From Octopus sinensis (lineage: Eukaryota): DNA of 64,000 bases. Below the pieces are notes generated by a model. The model saw nothing but the letters and a program-made list of their open reading frames with translations, had not been told where the DNA came from and made no database searches. Shown piece by piece: positions 51,712 to 64,000 of this stretch. Position 1 is the first letter of the stretch. Each line of letters begins with the position of its first letter. Position numbers and translations under genes: made by a program. The DNA lies in the NCBI RefSeq assembly GCF_006345805.1, contig NC_042998.1, positions 161,448,001-161,512,000 of the forward strand, written 5' to 3'.

Positions 51712-53366
51712 GAAATGTGCAATATGGAGAAGATTTAGTGAGTATTTCTAGCAGATAAAGCAACCCTGTAGAGAATGGTGCACCTATGTCCCTCAAATGT
51801 TTAAAAACACTATGTAAGAATTAAAAAATTCAATACTGTTGCCTGATCATTGCAGAAAGCATGCTATGCAATATTTTATCATACATAAGAATGATTAATA
51901 AAACAAGATAAGTTTTCTCTATTTCTTGTTAAATTTTAATATTTAAAACATTTTTTGAAAACTTCCCCTGCAAACTGCATCACTGATTTTAAACTGTCTA
52001 TATGAAGTGGACAAGTAAATATTTGCTTAATCTCCAGTGTGCCTCAAAGTCAAAAAGAAGGAAACCTCTGTCAATGAAGGCTTCCTCATTGGCTCAATTT
52101 CAAGTGGTAGGTCAAACAATCTTGTAAGGATTTCTTCTATATCTGGTAGTAACCTGCTGTCTCCATCCATTGCTATCTCCCTCAGCAATATGTTATATGA
52201 CTCTGGTTATCAATGATGCTATGCTGTTGCTATACTATTACAAAGATGCTATGTTGTTGATAAATATATTACAAATATGTATTGACAATATAGTGTTTTT
52301 CTCAGAGTATCTCACTGTTAGTGATAGAGCAATACATCCAGAGTTAATAGAGACAAAATGGCACTCAACAAACTGAGATACAACACTTTCAAGAACTTAT
52401 TCACACAATATGTTGGTCTTCCTTTCTTTAATATGCTCAGTTCATATTTTAAGAGCAGTTTGGCTGTTATTTCTAGTCGTCCAGAGGCTGTGTATAAGCT
52501 TCAGCTATTGCATCCTCTGGGAAAATAAAATGTTGCATTGTGTGGTGTTCAATTTGAATTGTGAGACAACAATAGCACTCATGCCTCAACACATTATCAA
52601 TGCTTCTCTTGACATTACTCTTGGTTATCATCAAGATCACTGTCATTGTTGTATATGTCAACAACTGTCTCTTATTTTTTTCCTCTTCATTCAGAAAACC
52701 ACCACCACTACCATCCTCCCCCTCCTCTCCCTCTTCCTCTTCATCATCATCATCATCACCACCACCCTCATCAATATTTAAAGAGTCATTATCAATACTG
52801 GTGACAACAACGGCAATTACTACTATGACCATCATTATCATAATATTAACACTGTTGTCAGTATACAAGCTGAAGAGAAACCTGTATGTAGTGGCTCTTC
52901 TTACTAGAAATAGTGACCAAACCTCTCTCAAATCACCACATAACATCTTAAATATGAGAAAAATTTACTTTGGACAATGTAATCCTTGCCAAAGTGAAGA
53001 TATGATGGTCATGATTGAACTTATGTCTACTTGATTGGTGCTAGGGTGGGTCTAAAAAACATCATCATCATCATCATCATTGTCGTCGTCATCGTCGTCA
53101 TCATCATCGTCATCACCACCACCACCATCACCACCAAATACTTCCACCTTCTTCACCATCTCTACCACCACCATAAGGGTGATCTTTCCGTAGTCAGCTG
53201 GTAAGGCCATCAAGTACCTCCTCCCTTTGCTGTCTACAACTTTAACTTCTTCCTTTCGGATTACCAGTTGTTACTGAATGCTCAAAGCTTTGTCATGATG
53301 CCTAGTGAACTTAGTTATATATACATGCATACATATATATACATACATATGTTATATATATATCTA

Positions 53367-53449
<83 letters not shown>

Positions 53450-53463
53450 TATATAATATATAT

Positions 53464-54600
53464 ATCAGGTCATCCCATAAGTTTTATCTGATTTTACCTT
53501 TTCTAAAATTAAATGAAATTTAATAGTATTTTAGAATGTCTAATGGAATTTAAAATTATTTTTAGGCATTTGTGAACATTTAAACTAATTAAATATCATT
53601 TTACAGAATAATAGAATAAAAATTTCTTTGCTTAAAACCGTTTCTAGCATGGAAGTATCCAAAGAACATTTAAGGTACATAGTGCTTTATGAGTACAAAA
53701 AAGGAAACTCTGCAGCCAAAGTGACTCGAAACATACACTCAGTTTATGGGAAAGAATGCTTGAATGAAAGAACTTGCAGAAGATGGTTTGCAAAACTCAG
53801 AAGTGGAGATTTCAGTATTGAAGATGAAGATTGAACAGGACGTCCAGTTGAGTTTTGAGGCATTACTTGAAGAAAATCCTGCATTATCAGTTGAAGAATT
53901 GACAATAAGCTTAGTTTATACCATACAACTGTTCATCATCTTCAACAACTTGGAAAGATTCCTAAACTTGGAAAATGGGTGCCTCATGAATTGTCCAAAA
54001 ACAACCACAAATCCCTAGTTGACATCTGCTCTACTCTCCATTCTCGTGAACTCATTTCACCCTTTTTGGAGAGACTTATGACTGGTGACGAAAAATGGAT
54101 CTTCTATCGAAATGTTAAATGTCGTAAACAGTGGCTTGGTAAAAGGGAAAAAGCTCAACCACAACCGAGAAGGGAACTTCATAGAAAAAAAGTTTCTCTC
54201 TATCTGGTGGGATTGCAAAGGAGTAATTAACTTTGAATTGTTACCACCTAATGCAACAATCAATGTTCAAGTCTACTGTCAGCAATTAGAGCATTTGAAC
54301 CAAGCTTTGAAGAAAAAAAAAACTGCTTTAGTAAATCGAAAAGGAGTGATGTTTCATCAGGACAATGTGCGACCCCCACACTGCAAAGATCACATCACAG
54401 GAGATCGAAGAGCTTGGTTGGGAAAAAATTCCTCATCCACCTTATTCTCCCGACTTTGCTCCTTCAGACTACCATTTGTTTTGAAGTTTACAGAATCATT
54501 TGGGGGACATAACTTTCGCAAGCCAGGAGGAGGTCGAAACTGACATTTCATAGTTCTTCGCTTTGAAACTAAAAGAGTTTTACATTGATGGGATTAAAAT
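53464..54600 (+). mobile_element. Mariner (DD34D) transposon with disrupted transposase; 3' TIR not found
   Basis: MEVSKEHLRYIVLYEYKKG, WFAKLRSGD, WVPHEL, TGDEKW, FHQDN, HPPYSPDFAPSDYHLF; stops and frameshifts; 5' end TATCAGGTCATCCCATAAG after (TA)n. Confidence 0.93.
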
Positions 54601-55649
54601 ACATTATTTTTTAATTCGTTAAAATACATTATTTTTTAATTGTGTTTCCTTCTCCTTTTTTGCAAGCTGTCAAATTTAGCCTGAATGCCTTAATATAGTT
54701 TACCTATGTAAAAGAAATCCTCATTGGCCAAGCTGGTGAGGAAATCGCTATACAGTTACTTGATATGCTAGAAATAGCATCCAAACGTACCTCACTGACG
54801 ATGATGACAATATTAATGTTTAAGATAAATAGTTTCTTTAACACAGCTATGCTGAGTTTTCTTTACTCCTCTTTTTATCAGGAAAATCATTTGTCATTTT
54901 CATTTATGTCCCTATAATACTTTTCAGAAAAGCATGAATTCCTCCCCTTCCAATCTCTCTATCCTATAAATCTAATGCCTGATATCAATGTGAAAGACGT
55001 TTTATACTAATCCAGTGTCTTAAATGACTTTATTCAGTTATTTTAAATAAATATATTGAATTACCTCTTTTATCTTTGTCTCACCCCTAACCAATTCTTT
55101 TTGTTCTACTTCTTTTACAACAGAGATAGTCTTCCTGCTTGCTTCATTTAGGCAAAGCCATTTTCTCATGAAGCTGTCTGTCATCCTCAAATGGTTAGAT
55201 TTTCTGGCTCTCATCTATTATATAGATAAGCTTACTTTAATTCTAAACTTATTTCTTATCTCACCTTAATTTAGTCTTTCCTCCAGATTCATGTCTTATA
55301 CATTTTTCTCCCTCATATCTGCCAGATGTTGCAGCGAGAGTAAGTACTCTACACATATATTGGCTAAGTTTCAATGTCATATAGTAATATATAATGCAAC
55401 CAGCCACCACTTGTGTACAGACAGAAGAAAAACCTTTGCTGTCAGTAAGGGTTAGAAATTTCATTCTTCTAACTAGAAACCCTTGTGTCATTGTGATATC
55501 ACTAGTTTCCTTTCTATTGTTGATTAACTTGTTTAGGTTGCATAACTCTTGTTTCTTAGAGTGCCATTGTCTTTTTCTATATGCTGGTTTCTCTGTCAGT
55601 TTATTTTGTATGCTTAAAGTGTGGTTACAAACACATTCAATCTGTTCAA

Positions 55650-56460
55650 AATGCCAGTCTTACACTTATATGTGCATCTCTTGTTTTCCATGTTTTTCTC
55701 TTTTATTTACTTTTCCCTGTATTCAATAGGGTGACCATATTTGTTATATATCTTAGGTAATATTTTGGGTGTTTTCCAGCTCTGACATTGTAGAAAATAA
55801 AAAGAGAAAAACTAAAAAGTGAGCTACAAAAAAATGTTTGATGTTAAAACGACTCATATTGTTCCCATTTTTTGTTTTGAGTGATAGTTGATGTCTCTAA
55901 CAATTCATTACTGCAAAGATTTGAAATCTTTCACACAGCTGTCAGTAGATTAGCCTCACCATGTTACATCATTCATGGTACTTTCCCATTTCAAGGTTGG
56001 AACAAAAATTAGTAATGTGTTCAATCATTTCTTGTGTGTCGTTTTCTTTACATACCTAACAAAAATTCACCATGTTATTTGTTCTATATATTTTTGTTAT
56101 GTAAATCTTGAAGTTGTGATGGCTAAGCCAATACATGTATATTTTTTTCTAGACTTGACATGGTCCATTAGTGTTTTGACATACTGTCCATGAAAAGGTT
56201 TAATGATATAACTGTCTGTTGTTCTCCACATGCATTTTTTAAAGGTTTCTAGATTTTGTCTCCATCTGTTTTTTTATATATCTTTATTTCTTTTTCACCT
56301 CCTTTGTCTTTGTGGAGATTATTTTGTTTGTATTCCACAACTGCTGATGTACTTCAGTGTTGTAGCTTCTTTATTTTATAACCAGCCCCTATCTCTTCTC
56401 TTTTGTCTCCAGTTGAATATATTGTATCAATGTCAGACTCCACTTGATGTAAACTTTGGT
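55650..56460 (-). mobile_element. Very decayed R4/Dong-like (RLE) non-LTR retrotransposon relic
   Basis: Minus strand KPFHGQY and CCHC-like knuckle (C-R-x-C ... EMIEHITNFCSNLEMGKYHE*CNMV). Confidence 0.5.
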
Positions 56461-56524
56461 TTTGAAAACATCTTTCTTCTTCTTCTTATTATTATTATTG
56501 TTATTGTTATTATTATTATTATTA

Positions 56525-56573
<49 letters not shown>

Positions 56574-57217
56574 GTTATTAAGCTGCTTTTGTTTTATTTC
56601 CAAAGCAGAATTCTAGGTGAGGAATAAACAGAATCAGAACAACTGGGAATTCATTTCATATTTCTATCTAAGTGATGGATACCTTTGGGAATGATATTTC
56701 TTACATTTTGCTTAAATTTTTTAGAGGACTATGACTATGTTGATGTTTAGTTCCAGGTTGCTCAAACAGCTGGAAATAGCAACCAAATCTTCACCCAAAT
56801 CCCATCGTAATGGCTCATAAAAAAAGAGTACATTAATGTAGCTCAAGGTGTGTATATATATATATATATATATACACACACAACACAATGTCTGAAACAA
56901 AGATGGGGTGGTCATGACTGGAATGTCTCTGATCATAAGTTTTCTGGATTAAGGCTGATATGTTGCTCTTCAGACAACAATAACAACAACAGTCAAGAAA
57001 GTCACATTGAATAAAGATATATCTTGATATATTATATTATGCCTGAAAAATATATGAGATTGTTCATGACTAGAACGTCTTTCATTATAGGTTTGCTGTT
57101 TAATTAAAGCCAACCAAACAAATATAGAACAAGACAATAAATTTCAGATCCTTTAAATGTTTAGCATTACTTGGCCCAAATACTCAAAAAAAAAAAAAAG
57201 AAAATACAATTTTTTAT

Positions 57218-57436
57218 GTGGCCGTTGCCAGTACTGCCTGACTGGCGCTCGTGCCGGTGGTACATAAAAGCACCCGCTACACTCTCGGAGTGGTTGGCGT
57301 TAGGAAGGGCATCCAGCTGTAGAAACTCTGCCAGATCATATAGGAGCCTGGTTCAGCCATCTGGTTTGCCAGTCCTCAGTCAAATTGTCCAACCCATGCT
57401 AGCATGGAAAGCGGACGTTAAACGATGATGATGATG
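57218..57436 (+). mobile_element. RTE 3' end inserted into a piggyBac-like MITE
   Basis: RTE tail flanked by the two halves of the 21057-21275-type MITE. Confidence 0.8.
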
Positions 57437-59099
57437 TTTTGTCTGAAAACTGGCCAGATTCTGCCTCTCACACGTAACCTACTGTGTCATTCTGAAAAAA
57501 AATAGTCACATGGTTGAAGTTTTGAAGTTACACAATAATGCATGATTAATTTAAAGAAATGTGAATAAACAAGCGTTAAGTCAGTGAACTAATAGGAGCA
57601 TTGTCAATTTTCTGTTGAATAATCTTGACGGTATATGTGCCTCACTTCTGGCTAATCTAATATGGCTGAGTGATGGATAGTTATCATCTTTGGGTAACAT
57701 CTGTTATTTCCTATTTGCTTACCCCTAGAAAGTATGAAAGATTGTTAATATATCCTCCAACTTTGCTTTTGTCACATTTATTTTAACTCCAAAGACTCCC
57801 TATCAACACATGGCTATTATGCTCCCCTGCTACTCATATTGTCAGTCACTAAATGTCATGCTCAAGTGGTTAGGGTTAAGCAACTGACAAGCAAATTTGT
57901 GGTATTGAGCAGAATATTTACTGTAATAATATTTCTGCTTCAACAACTCAGAGCTGAAAATGTCTGAAATGTAGTAGAAAATATTGGTGAGTTTCAAAAT
58001 ATTGAATGTCCAGGTTACAAAAGCAAAGTTTGAAGGGAATAGTAGTCATGTCCTTTGATTTCTAAATAGAAGCAAATAGGAAATAATACTTACTGACCAA
58101 ACACAAAATAAATAAATAAGAAAAAAAAAAAAATTTTGTTACACAGTTATGATTTGCTAGATATATTGTAACTGTAAAGTACATGAAAATGCTTATGGCT
58201 AGAATGTCACCGATTAAGGCTGACCAAACAAAGACGGAACAAGACAAGAAAAATAAACTCAGATACTTTAACCCTTTAGAATTTAAACTGTCCATATCCA
58301 TGTTCTGTAGCATATCTCTCCATATTCCACACATGAGCAAAACTCCCAAATCTCTAATCTCCAAAGTGGTTTACTTGTAAACGCTTTACACATACACTAG
58401 AGGTGACCTTTACCAAATGGTGCTTCCATAAGCTCCGTCCATAAAGGAGCTTCTACATGGTTATTAGATTCCCTAGAAATAACATTGGCATCTCCTTCAT
58501 CTTAATATTTTAAAAAAGAAATGACTCATTGATACTTACACTACGAGTGGAAACAGATGGAATGGTCATGGGTGGAATGTTCGTGATTATAAGCTGACTT
58601 ATGACTTGGTGCTAGACAAACAAGGAAAGCAATAATAGCTGTTTTCATGTATTACATAGCCAACATTGTTGCTCAACCTTCTGATCCATTGCTGAGATGA
58701 TCAATGTTAATTTGAGGAATCCATTTAAACCAAGACAGATCTCCTCTCAATAAAGCTTTCACATTGGCTGATCATTTTGCTTCTAACTACACATTTTCCC
58801 CATAATAAAATTTCTTTCAAATACCTATTCTCTATTCCACCTGTTATACTTCTCACATATATATAATCAACAAGTGCAACAGTCTTTTTGGCCACTTTAA
58901 ACCAGTAAGACGACCAATCCTGATAGTGTATGCTCCAGTATTCTCAAACAATATGTCTTAGAGCTAGTTCTAATCCTCATCAAACCCTGCAATCTTCTCT
59001 CTACAGAAACCTGTTCTAATCTTTAAAAGTATATAATGGTGTATATAATTTGCCAGAAAGGAAATCTCTCTAACTCTTTCAATTATGCATTATCACATT

Positions 59100-59790
59100 G
59101 AATTCAAATATCTCAAACAGGATGAAAACAGATCCAAACAACCCCCCTCCTTCAGCACCTTAAATTACTGTTTAGTTATCAACAATAATTTTCTACAGGT
59201 TGTAGTAGAGAACAGCAAGAGCAGAAGTAAAGCTATTTTAGCCTTTTTCCATCATAAACTAATGATTTCTCACTCTTAAGAACCAATTTACACTGTAAAA
59301 TAGTTTCAAAATTTATACATATGCTAGGCATCACAGTCTTTAATGAATTCTTCATGTGAATCTCATATAACTGAAGAAATTTAATTCAAAGAGTAGGATT
59401 TTTCTTGAAAACCTGAAAAAACATCAGGTCATATCAATTGCTAGCCCACCTGGGACATCACTATTGCTACATATGAAAAAACCCCAAAACACCTAGACCA
59501 CACCCATTCAACTGATGCCAACAACTTACAAACACATTACTTCCACACTGTTTCTTCTCTGTACCTTTTCTACAGCAAGCTGTGTACTATATTTACTCGG
59601 AGCCACTCAACCCAACCATTTCTCCTATTCTCATTCTTGTGGTGTTTGATATCCAGTTCTTACACTTTACAACTGCTCAATCCTTCCTTCCCAGTACTGC
59701 ACTCTACAATAAATTTTTCATTGCCCATGTTTTACCTCCAGTCTTTTACTTAAAGAGGAAATTCAAATTGAACATCAGTCACACAGACGC
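59100..59790 (+). mobile_element. Possible CR1/L2/Jockey-type LINE 3' relic
   Basis: ...QSFLPSTALYN...HVLPPVFYLKRKFK.NI resembles SFxPRTxxLWNxLP...FK. Confidence 0.35.
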
Positions 59791-60927
59791 CATCAGTTGT
59801 GAGGTCAGGACTAAAGATTATTAATGCTTCCAGTCTAACTCTGAGTAATTAATTTAAAAAATATAATAGCAATGTTACCATCATTAATATCTGTTCATCA
59901 TTTGAATGATAAATGACAAGGTTTTGTTGTTGATATGCCTCAGGTAAGTGATCTCTCATCAAGTAGATCTGTGATCAAAAGGCATTCCAGCTGTGACCAT
60001 TCCTTCCTTTCTCAATATGTCTTTTGATTATTTACATTTATGAAACAATCTAAACACTCAACAGTTGTAAAAAAAATTCAATTTATATTTATATATTTTC
60101 AACAAATTCACCTTGATTCTTTTCCTAAGTAGATTTACTTGTAACCATAAGTAGTTTTAGTTGAATTAGTCCATTGGCTAATTATATTTGACTTTCAGTC
60201 CAACAAACTAAATAACTATTATGCTTTAGCTTAAACACACCATTGAAACTAATGTCAAAATTAATGTAATTATCTTCACATTGCTATCACAACAAGACTG
60301 TTACTTTCATTGAATATCTCTCATTAATTCTCTCATTAATTCTCTTTGCTTCCCAAATGTTGTCATTTTTCTTCTAAATCATTAGGCCATCGTTTTAGTA
60401 GATTCAATCATACCATTACAAATATATATTCTTGACACAATCAGAACAACGTTTTATCTTTTAATTTGTCCACATTATATTTTGATCTGCTTATATGCTG
60501 TGTAGTAATATTTTAAAATAGTTTATTTATTGATCATTCAATCTAAATATAGGACCATGTCCATATTGTGTGGTAACCTAATTAAGCCAGATGAGTAAAC
60601 ACTTTTGGAATGGTTAAGTTAGAAGTTAATATTGATTTTTGATAGTTAAATGTTGAACAGAAAATAGTCAGAGATTTCCAGAAAGTACCAATATAGACAA
60701 AAGACAGGAACTTCTGTTAAGCTCTCATTAATCTTGTTTTACTAAATTTATTTACCTAATTCAAATAATGAAAATAACGACCAGTAATGATTCTATTAGT
60801 TTTCAAAAATAAGGTGTCTTGGCTTATTTAATCTTCAAATTTAGAATTGTGTATTAAAAAGATTATACTGACAAACTATAAGTTAATTAATAGCCTTAAC
60901 TTTTTTTTATTACTGAGAATGAAAAAT

Positions 60928-61256
60928 AGTCATGGCTGTCTGGTAAGAAGTTTCATTCCCAACCACATAATTCTGAGTTCAATTTCATTGTGTGGTATTT
61001 TGGGCAAGTATCATCTACTATAACCTCAGGTCAGGCCAACCAAAGACTTGTGATTGGATTTGGTAGACAGAAACTAAAAGAAGCCCATCGTATAGGCACA
61101 GGAGTGGCTGTGTGGTAAGCAGCTTGCTTGCCACCTACATGGTCCCATGCTCAGTCCCACTGTGTAGCATTTCAAGCAAGTGTCTTCTACTATAGCCTTG
61201 GGCTGATCAAAGCCTTGTGAGTGAATTTGGTAGATGGAAGCTGAAAGAAGCCTGTC

Positions 61257-61296
<40 letters not shown>

Positions 61297-61518
61297 GTGC
61301 ATATGTGTTTGTGTGTCTATGTTTGTCCCTGCCACCATCACTTGACAAACAATGCTGGTGTGTTTATGTCCCCATAACTTAGTGGTTTGGCAACACAGAC
61401 TGATAGAATAAGTACTAGGCTTATAAAGAATGGGTCCTGGGGCCAATTTGTTCGACTACAGGCGGTGCTCCAGCATAGCCACAGTCAAATAACTGAGACA
61501 AATAAAAGTGTAAAAGAA
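60928..61518 (+). mobile_element. SINE family A 5' half followed by a full copy (61094-61518)
   Basis: Head motif twice; full tail. Confidence 0.85.
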
Positions 61519-61659
61519 TATATATATATTTACACACACACACATGTATATAAATATATATAACTAAAAGCCTCTCATTTCCAGAACTCATTTCTGATCA
61601 TCAGCTGGTAAACTGAGCCTGGATTACTTTTAAATATCCACTCTAAATATTTTTTGAAA

Positions 61660-62852
61660 AGGAAATGACAGAGGACCAGCACAGTGCTGTATTCAAGAAG
61701 ACCCACCCACCACAGCAGAACTATGGTGCTGAGGAAAGGGAGGTTCCAGTTTAACATTTTAAGAACAGCCATTCCAACAATCACAGAGAAGCCAGTCAAG
61801 ATCTTGGGCAAGGTTTTTGACAGCTCATTGCGAGATACTCCATCTGTCCAGTCAGCCTGCACTGAGTTGGATGGCTGGTTGAAATCTGTGGACAAATCAG
61901 GCCTACCTGTGAAGTTCAAAGCCTGTGTCTACCAGCATGACATTCTTCCCAGGATCCTGTGGCCCCTCCTTGTCTATGCAGTCCTCATCTCAACAGTAGA
62001 GACCTTAGAAAGGAGGGTCAGCAACCACCGCCGGAGAGCAACATCGTGTTCTACGGCAACAACACAAAACTACAGTTGCCCTTCAAATCATTGGAAGAGG
62101 AATTCAAGGTGGCAAGAGCCAGAGAAGTAGTCCAGTACAGGGACTCTTGTGATCTGAAGGTGGCTAAAGCAGGGATCCAAGAAAGGATTAGCAGGAAGTG
62201 GAGAGCAGAGGACGGAGTTCAAGAGGCAGAGGCAAGGTTGCACCAAAGGAGACTTGTGTGAGTGGTCACACGAGGCAGAGCTGGGCTAGGCTCTTTTCTG
62301 ACTCTGTAAATGAACACCAGTGGGAAAGAAGGGTGCTGCCTTGCTTAGTAGGAGGTGAGAGATGCAGTGGAGGAAATGAGAACATGCAAGGCAGTGGAAA
62401 TAAAGCAGCAGGGAGCTTGGACAAGATGGGAGAATGCGGTTGAGAGGAAAGTGACCTGAGCTGAACTGTGGAAAGCCAAGCCTCTACACATTAAATTTCT
62501 CATACAGGCAGTGTACGATGTGCTTCGAAGCCCATCAAACAGCATGTGCATTGTGTTCCAAGCGAGGAACTCTGGAGTATGTCTTCAGCTGCTGCACGGA
62601 GACACTTGGAGAAGAACGGTACCGCTGGAGGCATGTCTAAGTCCTTAAGACTATCACTGAAGCCATCAGTGCAGGACATGTGTGGGCGAAGCGGTTCTGG
62701 CCCTCCAAGAAAACCATTGCCTTTGTCAGAGCTGAGGAATAGCCAACCCTTGCCGGAAAAACATCGGCGGGCATCCTAACATCTGCAAGAGGCTAGCAGT
62801 TGCTGATGGATCTTAAGTGTCAGCTGAAGTTCCCTAGCAACATTGCAGTCAC
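61660..62852 (+). mobile_element. HERO-clade-like (RLE-type) non-LTR retrotransposon fragment, pseudogenised
   Basis: EKPVKILGK, SVDKSGLPVKFKACVYQHDILPRILWPLLVY, LPFKSLEEEFKVARAR, QQGAWTRWE, IKFLIQAVYDVLRSPSN, CCHC-like knuckle, RYRWRH; truncated at FPSNIAVT just before the expected RPD nuclease motif. Confidence 0.8.
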
Positions 62853-62966
62853 ATATATATATATATATAGAGAGAGAGAAAGAGAGAGAGAGGGAGAGAG
62901 AGAGGGAGAGAAAGAGAGAGAATTACACACACATACATATATGTATATATGTATGTATGTATGTGT

Positions 62967-63057
<91 letters not shown>

Positions 63058-63059
<2 letters not shown>

Positions 63060-63443
63060 GGAGTGGCTGTGTGGTAAGTAGCTTGATTACCAACCACATG
63101 GTTCCAGGTTCAGTCCCACTGCGTGGCACCTTGGGCAAATGTCTTCTACTATAGCCTTGGGCCAACCAAAGCCTTGTGAGGGGATTTGGTAGACGGAAAC
63201 TGAAAGAAGCCCGTCGTATGTATATATATATATGTGTGTGTTTGTGTAACTGTGTTTGTCCCCCCAATATCGCTTGACAACCAATGCTGGTGTGTTTACA
63301 TCCCCGTAACTTAGCGGTTCAGCAAAAAGAGACCGATAGAATAAGTACTAGGCTTACAAAGAATAAGTCCTGGGGTTAATTTGCTCGACTAAAGGCAGTG
63401 CTCCAGCATGGCCACAGTCAAATGACTGAAACAAGTAAAAGAG
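63058..63443 (+). mobile_element. SINE family A, full length
   Basis: High identity to 38499-38952. Confidence 0.9.
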
Positions 63444-63467
63444 TATATATATATATATATATATATA

Positions 63468-63660
63468 CGTGCGGGTGGCACGTAAAAAGCACCCACTACA
63501 CTCACGGAGTGGTTGGCGTTAGGAAGGGCATCCAGCCGTAGAAACACTGCCAGATTTGACTGGGCCTGATGAAGCCTTCTGGCTTCACAGACCCCAGTAG
63601 AACCGTCCAACCCATGCTAGCATGGAAAACGGACGCTAAACGATGATGATGATGATGATG
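63468..63660 (+). mobile_element. RTE 3' end fragment
   Basis: GGTGGCACGTAAAAAGCACCCAC...AAACGATGATGATG. Confidence 0.88.
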
Positions 63661-64000
63661 ACAAACACACACACATACATACATACGTGCATAGAAATAT
63701 TTATGTATGTGTGTGTCTTTGGTGTTTGTGTTTGTCCCACACTACTGTTTGACAACTGATGTTCATTTGCTTATATCCCCATAAGTTAGTGATTCGGCAA
63801 AAGAGACCAATAGCTTAGGTATCAGATTTATTTGATTGGCTAAGCCAATCAAGGCAATGACTCCAGCATGGCCACAGTCCAATGACTGAATCAAGTAAAC
63901 AATACTAAATTACAGTTATTGCTTATAAATTTTTGAAGTTCAATTACTCATACTCTGCATTTCAGTGGGTTACAATGATAAAGGGATGCTTATAACTTGA

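Overview
AT-rich, microsatellite-saturated animal genomic DNA with no intact host gene that I can identify. The repeat repertoire (three tRNA-derived SINE families, RTE LINEs with (ATG)n tails, mariner relics) looks like an octopus/cephalopod genome; that assignment is inference from remembered repeat consensus sequences, not from a search. Nearly all ORFs in the track are (TA)n/(CA)n/(CAT)n artefacts. Real coding relics are an RTE reverse transcriptase with a PHD-like finger inserted in it (10.4-12.05 kb), a Penelope-type GIY-YIG endonuclease fragment (~9.7-9.96 kb), two mariner transposases, a HERO-like and an R4/Dong-like RLE retrotransposon, and older RTE/CR1 pieces. The main unannotated signal is about ten type I hammerhead-ribozyme (HHR) motifs of unrelated primary sequence, mostly in small non-coding elements sitting in or beside (TA)n tracts. 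One is a fully canonical HHR inside a 593-bp terminally redundant, retrozyme-like unit (8762-9474). Several others lie in head-to-head inverted repeats carrying HHRs in both polarities. All structures were folded by eye; the boundaries of degenerate repeats are approximate.
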